A DNA stretch of 32,669 nucleotides from a virus (taxonomy: Duplodnaviria; Caudoviricetes), in IMG/VR virus record IMGVR_UViG_3300027769_000091, positions 1 to 32,669 of that record; one strand, 5' to 3'. The notes under the pieces are model-generated. The model was not told the origin of the DNA and ran no database searches. It worked only from the letters and a program-made list of their open reading frames with translations. Shown here piece by piece: positions 9,922-17,677 of the stretch. Each line of letters begins with the position of its first letter. Positions within the stretch are counted from its first letter, which is position 1. Both the position numbers and the translations under genes were made by a program.

Positions 9922-10528
9922 AGTCGGTGGCTCCTCCGAGGAGCCACTTGCTTTTGTCCTCAACCGTGTACTTGTTCGTGCAGACCTCAAAGTCTGGCCG
10001 CTTCAGTTCGGCGTGGGCCAGGGCGTTGTCGTAGAACAGACAGCGGTTGTTCGGCTGCAGCGCGAACTGCCCGTTGTCGAGCCGGATCAGGTTGTAGCTC
10101 TTGTGCTCGTCGGGGGTCTGGCTGAAGGTAAAGTCCGGTATCCGTGGGTCTGGCTGCGCCCCGTCAAGGGTAAACATGTAGACCCCTCCACGCATTGCCT
10201 GGTCCTTGCAATACACGTCAGCCCGTAACCCTGTCAGAAGCGGCTTCTCAATCACCTCGACGTGATACCCGAGGCAGTCCCATATCTGCAGCACGTCAAG
10301 CGGCAGCGGCTCGTCGATCGGCCGGTGCGCGAACGCGCTGATCGGCAGCTTGTCGTACAGCGCTCCGTATTCGGGGAGGTACGTTTCAAACCGAAACGCC
10401 TCGCCGCGGATCGACTTCACGCTGCACCAGATTCCTTCTACAAATTCGCCGTGGCCTCTCTTGTGGTCGTACAAGTACTCCGCGCGAACAAACACTTTCA
10501 CCGGTGGCAAAGGGCAGACAAAGCTCAT
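9896..10528 (-). CDS. Conserved phage hypothetical protein (about 210 aa)
   Basis: Likely start ATG 10528 (MSFVCPLPPV), which overlaps the stop of the upstream gene. The motifs EYLYDHKRGHGEF and YGALYDKLPISAF resemble a family I recall from aquatic phages. Its 3' end overlaps the convergent giant gene. Confidence 0.75.
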   Translation of the reverse strand: MSFVCPLPPVKVFVRAEYLYDHKRGHGEFVEGIWCSVKSIRGEAFRFETYLPEYGALYDKLPISAFAHRPIDEPLPLDVLQIWDCLGYHVEVIEKPLLTGLRADVYCKDQAMRGGVYMFTLDGAQPDPRIPDFTFSQTPDEHKSYNLIRLDNGQFALQPNNRCLFYDNALAHAELKRPDFEVCTNKYTVEDKSKWLLGGATDFTYDPVDR

Positions 10529-10740
10529 TTCCTTGCCTCCGTGTGCTTCTTCATCCAGGCGTCTACGTCGGACTGCCGCCACAGCAGGCGGTTGGATCCT
10601 GGACGCTTGAACCTCGGCGGCAGTTTGTGTGGGCTCCGATGCGCGTCCGCCTTCACCGTTTCGGGTGACAGGCGGAGCAGCTCGGCGAGCTCTTTGGGGG
10701 TCAAAAGTTTGTCAGACAAAGTATCGTGATAGGCTTTCAC
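10525..10740 (-). CDS. AlpA/excisionase-like helix-turn-helix DNA-binding protein
   Basis: LLTPKELAELLRLSPETV...LPPRFK...LLWRQSDVDAWM is a typical AlpA/HTH_17 pattern. The GTG start at 10740 follows GGAGG. Confidence 0.8.
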   Translation of the reverse strand: MKAYHDTLSDKLLTPKELAELLRLSPETVKADAHRSPHKLPPRFKRPGSNRLLWRQSDVDAWMKKHTEARK

Positions 10741-11090
10741 ATTCCTCCCCCATTTTTGCGGAAGAACTCGTTCCATGCGTCGGACGGTGTCGGGAAATCA
10801 GTCATAGGCGGAGCGTTTACGGTCGGTCTCTGCTCCTGCAGGATCGCCATTGACAGGTACACGATGGCGCCCAAGGCCTCTTGCACGAACGCCTCGCCCT
10901 GTCGGGTGGACGCCGCTTCCTCCAGCTTCTTCGCGGCCTGACCGGTGAGGAACCCACGCCCGTGCATCTTCGCGTAGTGAACCCACGGCTGCTCCATGAA
11001 CGGGGTGGCCTCACCACCGTGTCGTTCGCCCTTGCCCTTGGTGGCCTGCAGGATGGCCTGGTCAAACACTTGCTGTAGTGGGTGGGTCAT
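10737..11090 (-). CDS. Conserved phage hypothetical protein, all-helical (117 aa)
   Basis: Translationally coupled to the polymerase (TGATG overlap). The QATKGKGERH...PF.EQP...GQAAKK..EA pattern is typical of proteins next to phage Pol A genes. Confidence 0.7.
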   Translation of the reverse strand: MTHPLQQVFDQAILQATKGKGERHGGEATPFMEQPWVHYAKMHGRGFLTGQAAKKLEEAASTRQGEAFVQEALGAIVYLSMAILQEQRPTVNAPPMTDFPTPSDAWNEFFRKNGGGM

Positions 11091-13096
11091 CAGTCGGTCT
11101 CTTTTTGGTAGTAAGGAGTGATAAACCCTTCCGCCGGGAGCGGCAAGTCGGGCGCCCAGGGGATTGATCTCCCCATAATCTGTTCCATCTCGTTGAGCCT
11201 GGCCAGCTGCTCTTCGGTGACGATCTCGTCGTGGACCGTGAACAGCTGCTCAAAGCCCGCTGCATCAAGCCGCAGCATCGCCTCACCCAGGCAGTCGCGG
11301 GCGATCGCCTGGCAAATGTTCTCCAGCAATTTACCTCCCCATGTCGACAGCCTGCACCAGCGCTTCGTCTTCTGGTCCGTGCCCTCGTAGGTAATCGCGC
11401 CAGCGTAGGCGACCCTCATCCGGCTGCCGTTCGCCAGGTCCTGCCAGAAATCCTCTGGCTCGAGTCTGGCGTTCACGTAAAACAGCTGCCTGCCGCTGGG
11501 GAGTGTGCAGACGAGGGCACCTTTTTCGCCGGTGAAGGACATCTTCACACGTCCGTCGGCGACACTGAAATCAACTTTCTTCTTGCCCTTGATCGCCTCC
11601 TTCGCGGCGGTCTCGAGCGTGTACCACAGCCTCACGATCTCAGGGTTGGCTGCTCGCCAGGCGTCGACGATCGGCTGCAGCTCTTCTTCCTTGAGGCCCA
11701 TGTCGAGGGCGCCCATGTTGATCAACGCGTTAACCGCGCCTCCAAAACCGCAACTCAGCTCGCCGACCTTACCCATCTGCCGATACGGGCTCTTCCTTGT
11801 CACACTGCCCTTGGGCAGTTTGAACATCTGTTCTGCTGACGCTTCGTAAATCTTGCCGTCGCCGTTGAACACGTCCATCCGCCACTGGCACCAGGCCAGC
11901 CACGCGGTGACGCGCGCTTCGATGGCGCTGAAGTCGCACGGGATCATGCGCCGCCCTGGGCTCGGCACCATCGCCGTGCGGATCAGCTGAGACAGCACGT
12001 CGGGCACAGAACCGAACAGCATCTCAAGGCCTTCAATGTCGCGCTGCTTCACCATCTCACGCGCCAGCGGCAGATCCTTCAGGTGGTTCTGCGGCAGGTT
12101 CTGCAGCTGCACGATTCTGCCTGCCCATCGGCCGGTACGGTTCGCTCCGTAGAACTGTGTCACGCCACGCAGGCGGTGGTCGTCGCACGCGCTTCGGGAC
12201 ATGGCGAGGTACTTCTTCACCGAGGTCTTGGACATCTCCTGCCGCAGCTCAAGCACCCTACGCACGGTCTCGCTGTCGGCACTGGCCAGCAGCTTCGGCA
12301 CGGACTTCTTGCGCAGGTTGTCGATCTCTTCGTCGTCCATCTCTTCGTTGAGCCAGCCGATCAGCTGCTTCACGCTGTTCGGATTTGAAAGGCCAGTGAG
12401 AGCCACCGCCTCGCGGGTCAGGCGCTCCTTCACCACCGCGTCGCAGTGAATCGCTGCGTCGACGAGCTCCATGTCCACGCCGACACCGTGACGGAACATC
12501 TTCTGGTCCAGAATCCACAAGGCCCGCTCTTTCTTCGGAAGCGGGTACTTCGCCAGCTTGCTGCCAACGAACCGCTCTGCCTCCACGTCCATGCCGCAGT
12601 ATTCCTTGAACAGTTTCCACTTGTCAGGCTCGTGGTGGGGCAGCGTGCGCGTGCGGTAGCCGTTGGTCTTGGTCGGCTTACAGGGCATGCAGAATGTGCG
12701 AATGAGACTGTAGCCTGCCTTCTGCTTGCGGTACTGCTGCGGCACCTCCAGGACCTCGCACACGCCGCCCAGGTCGTTCGGTAGCCCAAGGTATAGCGCA
12801 TGCACGCTGGTGCATTCCCACTGCTCTGCCGGCATCGGCTCGCCGAAATGCTGGGACAGGCAGGTCATCTCGAAGTTCGCGTTGAACGCCTTCTTCGTGA
12901 CCTTGTAGTCAAACAGCGCCTCAAGTACGTCGCTCGGTATCTCTTCCCCCTGGGCCAGGTCAATGACCTGCCACGGCTGGTCGTCGATCGCGTATCCGAA
13001 CAACAACACCTCAAAGTCGGGCGACTCGGCGTAACGCGCAACGCCGCACTTCTTCAGGTCGACGCTGCTGTGGGTTTCGATGTCGATGTGGATCAC
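11090..13096 (-). CDS. Family A DNA polymerase with 3'-5' exonuclease (SPO2/APSE-like)
   Basis: ExoI DIET, ExoII FNANFE, ExoIII YCGMDV; RTGRWAG; motif A DFSAIEARV; motif B RQMGKVGELSCGFG; motif C TVHDE. Confidence 0.95.
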   Translation of the reverse strand: MIHIDIETHSSVDLKKCGVARYAESPDFEVLLFGYAIDDQPWQVIDLAQGEEIPSDVLEALFDYKVTKKAFNANFEMTCLSQHFGEPMPAEQWECTSVHALYLGLPNDLGGVCEVLEVPQQYRKQKAGYSLIRTFCMPCKPTKTNGYRTRTLPHHEPDKWKLFKEYCGMDVEAERFVGSKLAKYPLPKKERALWILDQKMFRHGVGVDMELVDAAIHCDAVVKERLTREAVALTGLSNPNSVKQLIGWLNEEMDDEEIDNLRKKSVPKLLASADSETVRRVLELRQEMSKTSVKKYLAMSRSACDDHRLRGVTQFYGANRTGRWAGRIVQLQNLPQNHLKDLPLAREMVKQRDIEGLEMLFGSVPDVLSQLIRTAMVPSPGRRMIPCDFSAIEARVTAWLAWCQWRMDVFNGDGKIYEASAEQMFKLPKGSVTRKSPYRQMGKVGELSCGFGGAVNALINMGALDMGLKEEELQPIVDAWRAANPEIVRLWYTLETAAKEAIKGKKKVDFSVADGRVKMSFTGEKGALVCTLPSGRQLFYVNARLEPEDFWQDLANGSRMRVAYAGAITYEGTDQKTKRWCRLSTWGGKLLENICQAIARDCLGEAMLRLDAAGFEQLFTVHDEIVTEEQLARLNEMEQIMGRSIPWAPDLPLPAEGFITPYYQKETD

Positions 13097-13326
13097 AGCA
13101 TGAACACCGGAGTCATCTCGCCCATGTTGGACCCGGCGACGTTGAAGTCGAAGAATTCGATTGCGTCCTCGAAGCCAATGTCTTCTGCCAGGATCTCGAT
13201 CACCTTCTCGTAGCTGTACACCACGACGTAAGTGCCGCAGCGGTTGGCCACGCCGAGGATCGCGTCGTCGTATCCGTCGGCGAACAGGAGCTCTTCGTAT
13301 TGCTCGATCAACTCTTCTCGGGTCAT
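13093..13326 (-). CDS. Small acidic phage hypothetical protein
   Basis: 77 aa, overlapping its neighbours on both sides; FADGYDDAILG...VVYSYEK...EDAIEFFDFN motif. Confidence 0.75.
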   Translation of the reverse strand: MTREELIEQYEELLFADGYDDAILGVANRCGTYVVVYSYEKVIEILAEDIGFEDAIEFFDFNVAGSNMGEMTPVFML

Positions 13327-13568
13327 AAGCTGTTCGGTATAAGGTAGCCCCGCTTCGGGGCGATAGTGGCTCTTTGCTTCATGTTGCTGCGGCTTTGAAT
13401 CCCAAGCGGTACGCTGACGGTCATCTCAATCGCCGACACGCCGAACGGGATTTTCTGGATCTTGCCGCCCTTTTTTAAAAAAGCCGCGATCTGTTCGCGT
13501 ATTTTTTCCGGGGTGAACTCAGAAGGCCGCGATACGGATTCTTCTTCGAGCGGTTGTTCGTCGCTCAT
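13323..13568 (-). CDS. Small protein with a SutA-like RNA-polymerase-binding motif
   Basis: Acidic N-terminus followed by REQIAAFLKKGGKIQKIP, which resembles the Pseudomonas SutA core (EEFL.RGGKVQEI). Confidence 0.55.
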   Translation of the reverse strand: MSDEQPLEEESVSRPSEFTPEKIREQIAAFLKKGGKIQKIPFGVSAIEMTVSVPLGIQSRSNMKQRATIAPKRGYLIPNSL

Positions 13569-13990
13569 TTCGTTTTCTCCTGTTGAGCGGCGCGTGCCGA
13601 TTCGACCAATCTCGAAATCTCCCTTTCGTATTCGGAGGCTGTTTTAGAGTTGACAACACTTTCGATGTTCCCAGTGTCAAGACGCAGTAGCAGTGCGGCG
13701 TAAATCAACGCATCCACCGGCAAACCCTGCAAAGCCTCTCGCCGACCCTGCTCCTTCGACTCTGCTAGTTTGGTGTTAAATTTATCCAAGCGCCAATCTA
13801 GCCAAGCATCTAAATCGTAGTCGCCCACCATACCGGCTTTCAGTGCTGCAATCTCCGTGTCCTTCTCTGCCAGCTCGGCTTCAAGCGCAAGTATTCGTGC
13901 GTACATTGCCCCCTCAACGCCACTACGCTCATGTTCTATTGCAGCCAGCTCGGCAGCGTGCGCGGCGGTGAGCTGTTCACGGGTCAGCAT
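13565..13990 (-). CDS. Hypothetical coiled-coil protein
   Basis: ATG 13990 is preceded by AAGGAG; the ORF overlaps the downstream gene. Confidence 0.6.
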   Translation of the reverse strand: MLTREQLTAAHAAELAAIEHERSGVEGAMYARILALEAELAEKDTEIAALKAGMVGDYDLDAWLDWRLDKFNTKLAESKEQGRREALQGLPVDALIYAALLLRLDTGNIESVVNSKTASEYEREISRLVESARAAQQEKTK

Positions 13991-14283
13991 GTCGGCGGCT
14001 CCTTTACATAGACTATGGTTCCGTTGGGTTTCACATACCACTGAATTCCCGGCTTACCGCCAGCCACTTGATAATGTGCCGTTCCGACTGGAATCCACTG
14101 CTGCGCCTGCTCTCGCCCGTAGGCTGCTGCCTTGTCTGCAACATCGCGCAAAACGCAGAAATCAAAGTCGTGCAGGCCGCGCCTTTTCAATGACTCTTTG
14201 AACCACTTCCACAAGAGATCATCAGACAACTCAACAGGCACGCTCGCCGCTGGAAACGCCGGCCCACCATTTTCTTTTTTCAT
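13984..14283 (-). CDS. Hypothetical protein
   Basis: ATG 14283 follows GGGGAG; starts MKKENGGPAFP, an N-terminal pattern common in phage small proteins. Confidence 0.6.
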   Translation of the reverse strand: MKKENGGPAFPAASVPVELSDDLLWKWFKESLKRRGLHDFDFCVLRDVADKAAAYGREQAQQWIPVGTAHYQVAGGKPGIQWYVKPNGTIVYVKEPPTC

Positions 14284-14471
14284 ATCTCCCCCTGTGCCTT
14301 GTTTGTAAGATGACACGCTTCATCATGTGCGCACTGATTACCGTCCCCGCCGATATTAGTACACCAGCGCAGATCAGCAGAACATGCTTCAAACTCTTGG
14401 TCGCACACTGGTGACATGCTTATGCTCTTCAGTTCACATACGCACTTGCGTTCTTTCGTGTACTCATTCAT
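14280..14471 (-). CDS. Small Cys-rich hypothetical protein
   Basis: ATGA overlaps at both ends; contains CVC, CDQEFEAC and CAHDEAC. Confidence 0.5.
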   Translation of the reverse strand: MNEYTKERKCVCELKSISMSPVCDQEFEACSADLRWCTNIGGDGNQCAHDEACHLTNKAQGEI

Positions 14472-14635
14472 ACGTACCACCCCGATAGCAGGGGGAACGT
14501 AAAAAACACTGCCGCCACGATAGCCGCCAACGAAGACAGCCCAAACACTACCCCTGCTGGAGTAGTGTCAGATTCCTGCAAGGCCAGCGCAGCAAGCACG
14601 CCGAGGCCGAAACCAATCATTATTGATTCATTCAT
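14468..14635 (-). CDS. Small membrane protein (55 aa; not in the ORF track)
   Basis: Hand translation: MNESIMIGFGLGVLAALALQESDTTPAGVVFGLSSLAAIVAAVFFTFPLLSGWYV. It has two hydrophobic stretches and ATGA coupling on both sides. Confidence 0.6.
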   Translation of the reverse strand: MNESIMIGFGLGVLAALALQESDTTPAGVVFGLSSLAAIVAAVFFTFPLLSGWYV

Positions 14636-14802
14636 CTTGCACCCCTCGGCCTGTACCGGACTTTGTCCAAGTCAATCTCTCGGATGTAGCTCTTGAACCG
14701 CCCCATCACCTCTTCTTTGGTTTGGCCGAACCAGGTGAGCTTCACTACACCATCGTCGCTGGTAAGCATCCACCAGCGGTCTTGAATTTTTTTGAGTACC
14801 AT
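14632..14802 (-). CDS. Small hypothetical protein (56 aa; not in the ORF track)
   Basis: Hand translation: MVLKKIQDRWWMLTSDDGVVKLTWFGQTKEEVMGRFKSYIREIDLDKVRYRPRGAR. It exactly fills the gap, with start/stop overlaps at both ends. Confidence 0.6.
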   Translation of the reverse strand: MVLKKIQDRWWMLTSDDGVVKLTWFGQTKEEVMGRFKSYIREIDLDKVRYRPRGAR

Positions 14803-15002
14803 CAGTTCACCTCCGCACGAATTGTTTCAAGTACCAGGGCGCCAAGGATAGCCATAGCGCGGTCGCGCTCCATCACAATGTACTGAGATCTCGGCCCGTC
14901 ATTCGTGAGCACTACACTGTGAGAGCGGTTGGTCGTCTTGGTCAAGAACTCGGCTTCTTCAAGGGCGAACCCCACTTCGTCAAATACCGTATCGCCAGTC
15001 AT
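14802..15002 (-). CDS. Hypothetical protein (66 aa)
   Basis: ATG follows a GGAGG SD; TGATG overlap with the next gene. Confidence 0.65.
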   Translation of the reverse strand: MTGDTVFDEVGFALEEAEFLTKTTNRSHSVVLTNDGPRSQYIVMERDRAMAILGALVLETIRAEVN

Positions 15003-15016
15003 ACATTCCTCCAGGG

Positions 15017-15048
15017 AAAAAGAGGCGCCCCCCGTGCAGGCGGGCGCC
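15017..15048 (-). terminator. Possible intrinsic terminator/attenuator after the SSB gene
   Basis: Minus strand reads GGCGCCC-11nt-GGGCGCC followed by TCTTTTT. Confidence 0.45.
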
Positions 15049-15055
15049 GGTTTGC

Positions 15056-15607
15056 TTACGACAAGAACCCGTCGTCGTCGTCTTCCACATCAAACGCGGT
15101 GCTTACGTCCACGCCGCCGCCGGACAGGCGATCACCGTCGCGCTTCTTCTGGACAGCTTCCAGACCTGGGCTGATACCTTGCCCGGTCTCGCCCCTGTAG
15201 GGGTAGAAGTTGATCACCACGTTGGCGAACACCCCGCTGTACAGATCTTCCGGGTCGGTGATGGCGTTCCGCTGCTGGTCGACCGCCTTCGGTGCTCTGG
15301 TGTAGCTTGCCGCGCGAAGCAAGAAGTGGCCGCGGTTCTCGTCGCCGCCGTACTTCCAGCTGCCGTCCTCTTCCTTCGCATCGCCGTCCAGCAATGGCGA
15401 CTTGATGGCGCCCTTGACGAGCTTGCCCTTTTCCTTACCGGCGGCCTTCGCGGCCTCAATCCCGGCCCGGATTTTTTCCAGCTGCGAGTCGTTCTTGGGG
15501 ATCAACAGGGTGGCGCTCCACGAGTGCTTGCCTTCCTTGTTCTTTTTGCCGTTGACCGCGTAGCAGTAAGACAGGCGTACATTCTTGATGACAACTTGCG
15601 TGCTCAT
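15056..15607 (-). CDS. Single-stranded DNA-binding protein (DUF2815 / T7 gp2.5-like)
   Basis: NVRLSY, WSATLLIPK, SPLLDGD, YSGVFANV, GDRLSGG and an acidic C-terminal tail (DVEDDDDGFLS). Start ATG 15607 follows AGGAGG. Confidence 0.9.
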   Translation of the reverse strand: MSTQVVIKNVRLSYCYAVNGKKNKEGKHSWSATLLIPKNDSQLEKIRAGIEAAKAAGKEKGKLVKGAIKSPLLDGDAKEEDGSWKYGGDENRGHFLLRAASYTRAPKAVDQQRNAITDPEDLYSGVFANVVINFYPYRGETGQGISPGLEAVQKKRDGDRLSGGGVDVSTAFDVEDDDDGFLS

Positions 15608-15608
15608 A

Positions 15609-16751
15609 TCAGTCCTCCTGGGACTCATCAGTGAAGTAACCCAGCGGCTCAATCGCGGGGCGTTTATCGGACTCCGGGGCGAGCGTAGGCTTGCCCTGCG
15701 GCTTCTCGATCAGTTTGCCGAGAACCTCGGCGAATTTTTTCTTGCCGACCAGCTTTTCCATGGCGGTGATACCGAGCAGGCTTCGCTCGTAGATCAGCAC
15801 CTCTTCAACGCCTGACGCAATGATCGCCTTCGCGACCTCGCCCTCGTCGGTGTACTTGCGGTTGCTTCTTCCCTCGACCAGCTTCCAGCCTGGCAGCGAG
15901 CCGCCGGTGGTCATCCGCTTGAGAGCCCACGCCTTGCTGTCGTTGAGCCACTTGATCACCTCGTCCGCTCGTAGCAGGACCTGTGACATCTGCGCCGGCG
16001 TCAGCTCATCGGCAGGCAGCAGCGCGAACGACGAGGTGACCAGCTCCTGCGCAGAAGCGTTGCGTGCCGGGCAGGTGAACCTGGCGCGGCAGAAGTAGTT
16101 CCCGCAGTGTTCCCCTGCGACCCGCTCGCCTTCGCCTTCCCAAGCGATCAAGGCCTTCGGCACGACGACCTGTTCGGCCCACTGCAGCAGCTCTTCAACG
16201 GTCAGCTCTTCGCTGCCCCAGTTGTCCATCCGCGGTTGCAAGACGTGCGTCCGGACGCGCTTGATGTCGTACAGCATCGACAGCTCGTTGTAGGCGCCGA
16301 GGCCGTAAAGACGCATCTGGCTGTTCTCCTGCGCCGACACGAAGGTCCCCTTGCCGTATTTCAAATCCGCCACCTCGACCAGGTCGTCGGTGATGATGAC
16401 AAGGTCGCCGGTGCCGAACCCTTCCGGCACCCACGGGCTGTAGTCGAGCCGGCGTTCGATCAGGATCACCGGGTCCTTGCAGCGGTCGTAGGCAGCGCCG
16501 ATCAGGGCGATAGCGTAATTGACCGCCGCCTGGACATGTTCAGCCATTTCCTTGCTCGCCAGCACGGTTGGCGATGATAAACCGGAGACGTGATCCGTCA
16601 TCACTTGCGCAAACAGCTCGTGCGCCAGCGTGCCTTCCGCTGCGAACGGGCTGTCCTCGTCCGGGATTTCGTCCTCCAGCTGCGCGCTGGGCGTGCAGAC
16701 CAGCCACTTGCCGCTGGAAGAGGCGCTCAGTTTGGCGTGCTTACGATCCAT
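15609..16751 (-). CDS. DUF2800 family PD-(D/E)XK (Cas4-like) nuclease
   Basis: HAKLSASSSGKWLVCTPS, AAEGTLAHE, GFGTGD, VADLKYGKG, NSQMRLYGLG, HC..FCRA...C and GWKLVEGRSNR; the usual neighbour of DUF2815 and Pol A genes. Confidence 0.9.
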   Translation of the reverse strand: MDRKHAKLSASSSGKWLVCTPSAQLEDEIPDEDSPFAAEGTLAHELFAQVMTDHVSGLSSPTVLASKEMAEHVQAAVNYAIALIGAAYDRCKDPVILIERRLDYSPWVPEGFGTGDLVIITDDLVEVADLKYGKGTFVSAQENSQMRLYGLGAYNELSMLYDIKRVRTHVLQPRMDNWGSEELTVEELLQWAEQVVVPKALIAWEGEGERVAGEHCGNYFCRARFTCPARNASAQELVTSSFALLPADELTPAQMSQVLLRADEVIKWLNDSKAWALKRMTTGGSLPGWKLVEGRSNRKYTDEGEVAKAIIASGVEEVLIYERSLLGITAMEKLVGKKKFAEVLGKLIEKPQGKPTLAPESDKRPAIEPLGYFTDESQED

Positions 16752-16962
16752 GGATGACCTCGTCCTTGCCGGCGGCGGCGCGCAGTACCAGCTCAGTGCG
16801 GAACCACTCCTGCGCGTCGGCAGTGATCTGCTCGATGTGGCTGTTCATGTAGGCGTACATGATCTGCGCGCCGGTGGGCAGCATGTCGGCAGGCGCGGCT
16901 TCGACCTGCCCGGTGACGTGGACGGTGTCGTCATGATCTTCAAACGTGATGATGGCTTTCAC
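16741..16962 (-). CDS. Hypothetical protein (73 aa)
   Basis: Overlaps both neighbouring genes in the operon. Confidence 0.6.
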   Translation of the reverse strand: MKAIITFEDHDDTVHVTGQVEAAPADMLPTGAQIMYAYMNSHIEQITADAQEWFRTELVLRAAAGKDEVIHGS

Positions 16963-17336
16963 AGCTGTTCTCCTTTTGCGTACAAGCCGGCCAGGTCAGC
17001 AATCGGGATTTGGGTGAGGTTGGTGACGCCATATTCAGCAAGCAGTTCCTGCACCTGCTTCCGCTTGCCGGCGTCTGCCTTCGCCTTCAGCATTGCCCGA
17101 ACCGCTTCAAGGGTTGTCAGCGTTTCAAGGGTTGTCGTCGTAGCCGGCCCAAAAGCAGGCGCCTCCACCGGTACATCCGAGCTCGCATCCTTGGCAGCAG
17201 CAGCTGCAGGACGCTTTTTTGCCTTGGTTGGCTCCGGCTCGGTTTTGCCGTTGAGATCCGCCAGCTTGATGAGGTACTCGCCGGTGAGGCGAAGCCACTC
17301 GGCGTTGGTTTGTTCGTTGAATGAAATGTTGATCAT
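16959..17336 (-). CDS. Hypothetical protein (Ala/Pro/Thr linker plus a small helical C-terminal domain)
   Basis: True start is probably ATG 17336 after CAGGAG. The C-terminal TLEAVRAML...VQELLAEYGVTNLTQIP is typical of the gene upstream of DUF2800. Confidence 0.7.
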   Translation of the reverse strand: MINISFNEQTNAEWLRLTGEYLIKLADLNGKTEPEPTKAKKRPAAAAAKDASSDVPVEAPAFGPATTTTLETLTTLEAVRAMLKAKADAGKRKQVQELLAEYGVTNLTQIPIADLAGLYAKGEQL

Positions 17337-17500
17337 GTGATTCTCCTGGTTGGGAGCGGCAAGCCTACAACAGCCTGACAAACCCGTGCAAGAATAATAT
17401 TTATTCCGACAACATTGCGCAACAGTGACTGGCCAGAGTACGCTGTCGGCCCCTTTCAAATTGGGATATATGTCATGTCATGCGTAGGAGCTAAACAATA

Positions 17501-17677
17501 ATGGAACACCGAGTCAATTATGTGGCCGACCTTTTGACGGACTGCCTGGAGTCAATGGACAGGCATTCTGAGGAGGCGGCGCTGCAGGAACCGGAGGACA
17601 GGGCGAAGATCCTCTGCGCTCTGATCATCGCGGACGCCATCAACGGCCTGCGCCGGTCGCTGACAGGGGGTCGCTGA
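17501..17677 (+). CDS. Small hypothetical protein (58 aa; not in the ORF track)
   Basis: AGGAG at 17486-17490; MEHRVNYVADLL...RRSLTGGR; TGATG overlap with the primase start. Confidence 0.65.
   Translation: MEHRVNYVADLLTDCLESMDRHSEEAALQEPEDRAKILCALIIADAINGLRRSLTGGR

Noticed and set aside
10525-10740. AlpA/Xis-like gene as evidence of an integrated prophage
   Set aside because: No integrase, att site or host genes lie in the window, so lifestyle cannot be determined.
11087-11093. CTGATGA on the minus strand as another hammerhead core
   Set aside because: It is a TGATG stop/start overlap, with no GAAA partner or stems.
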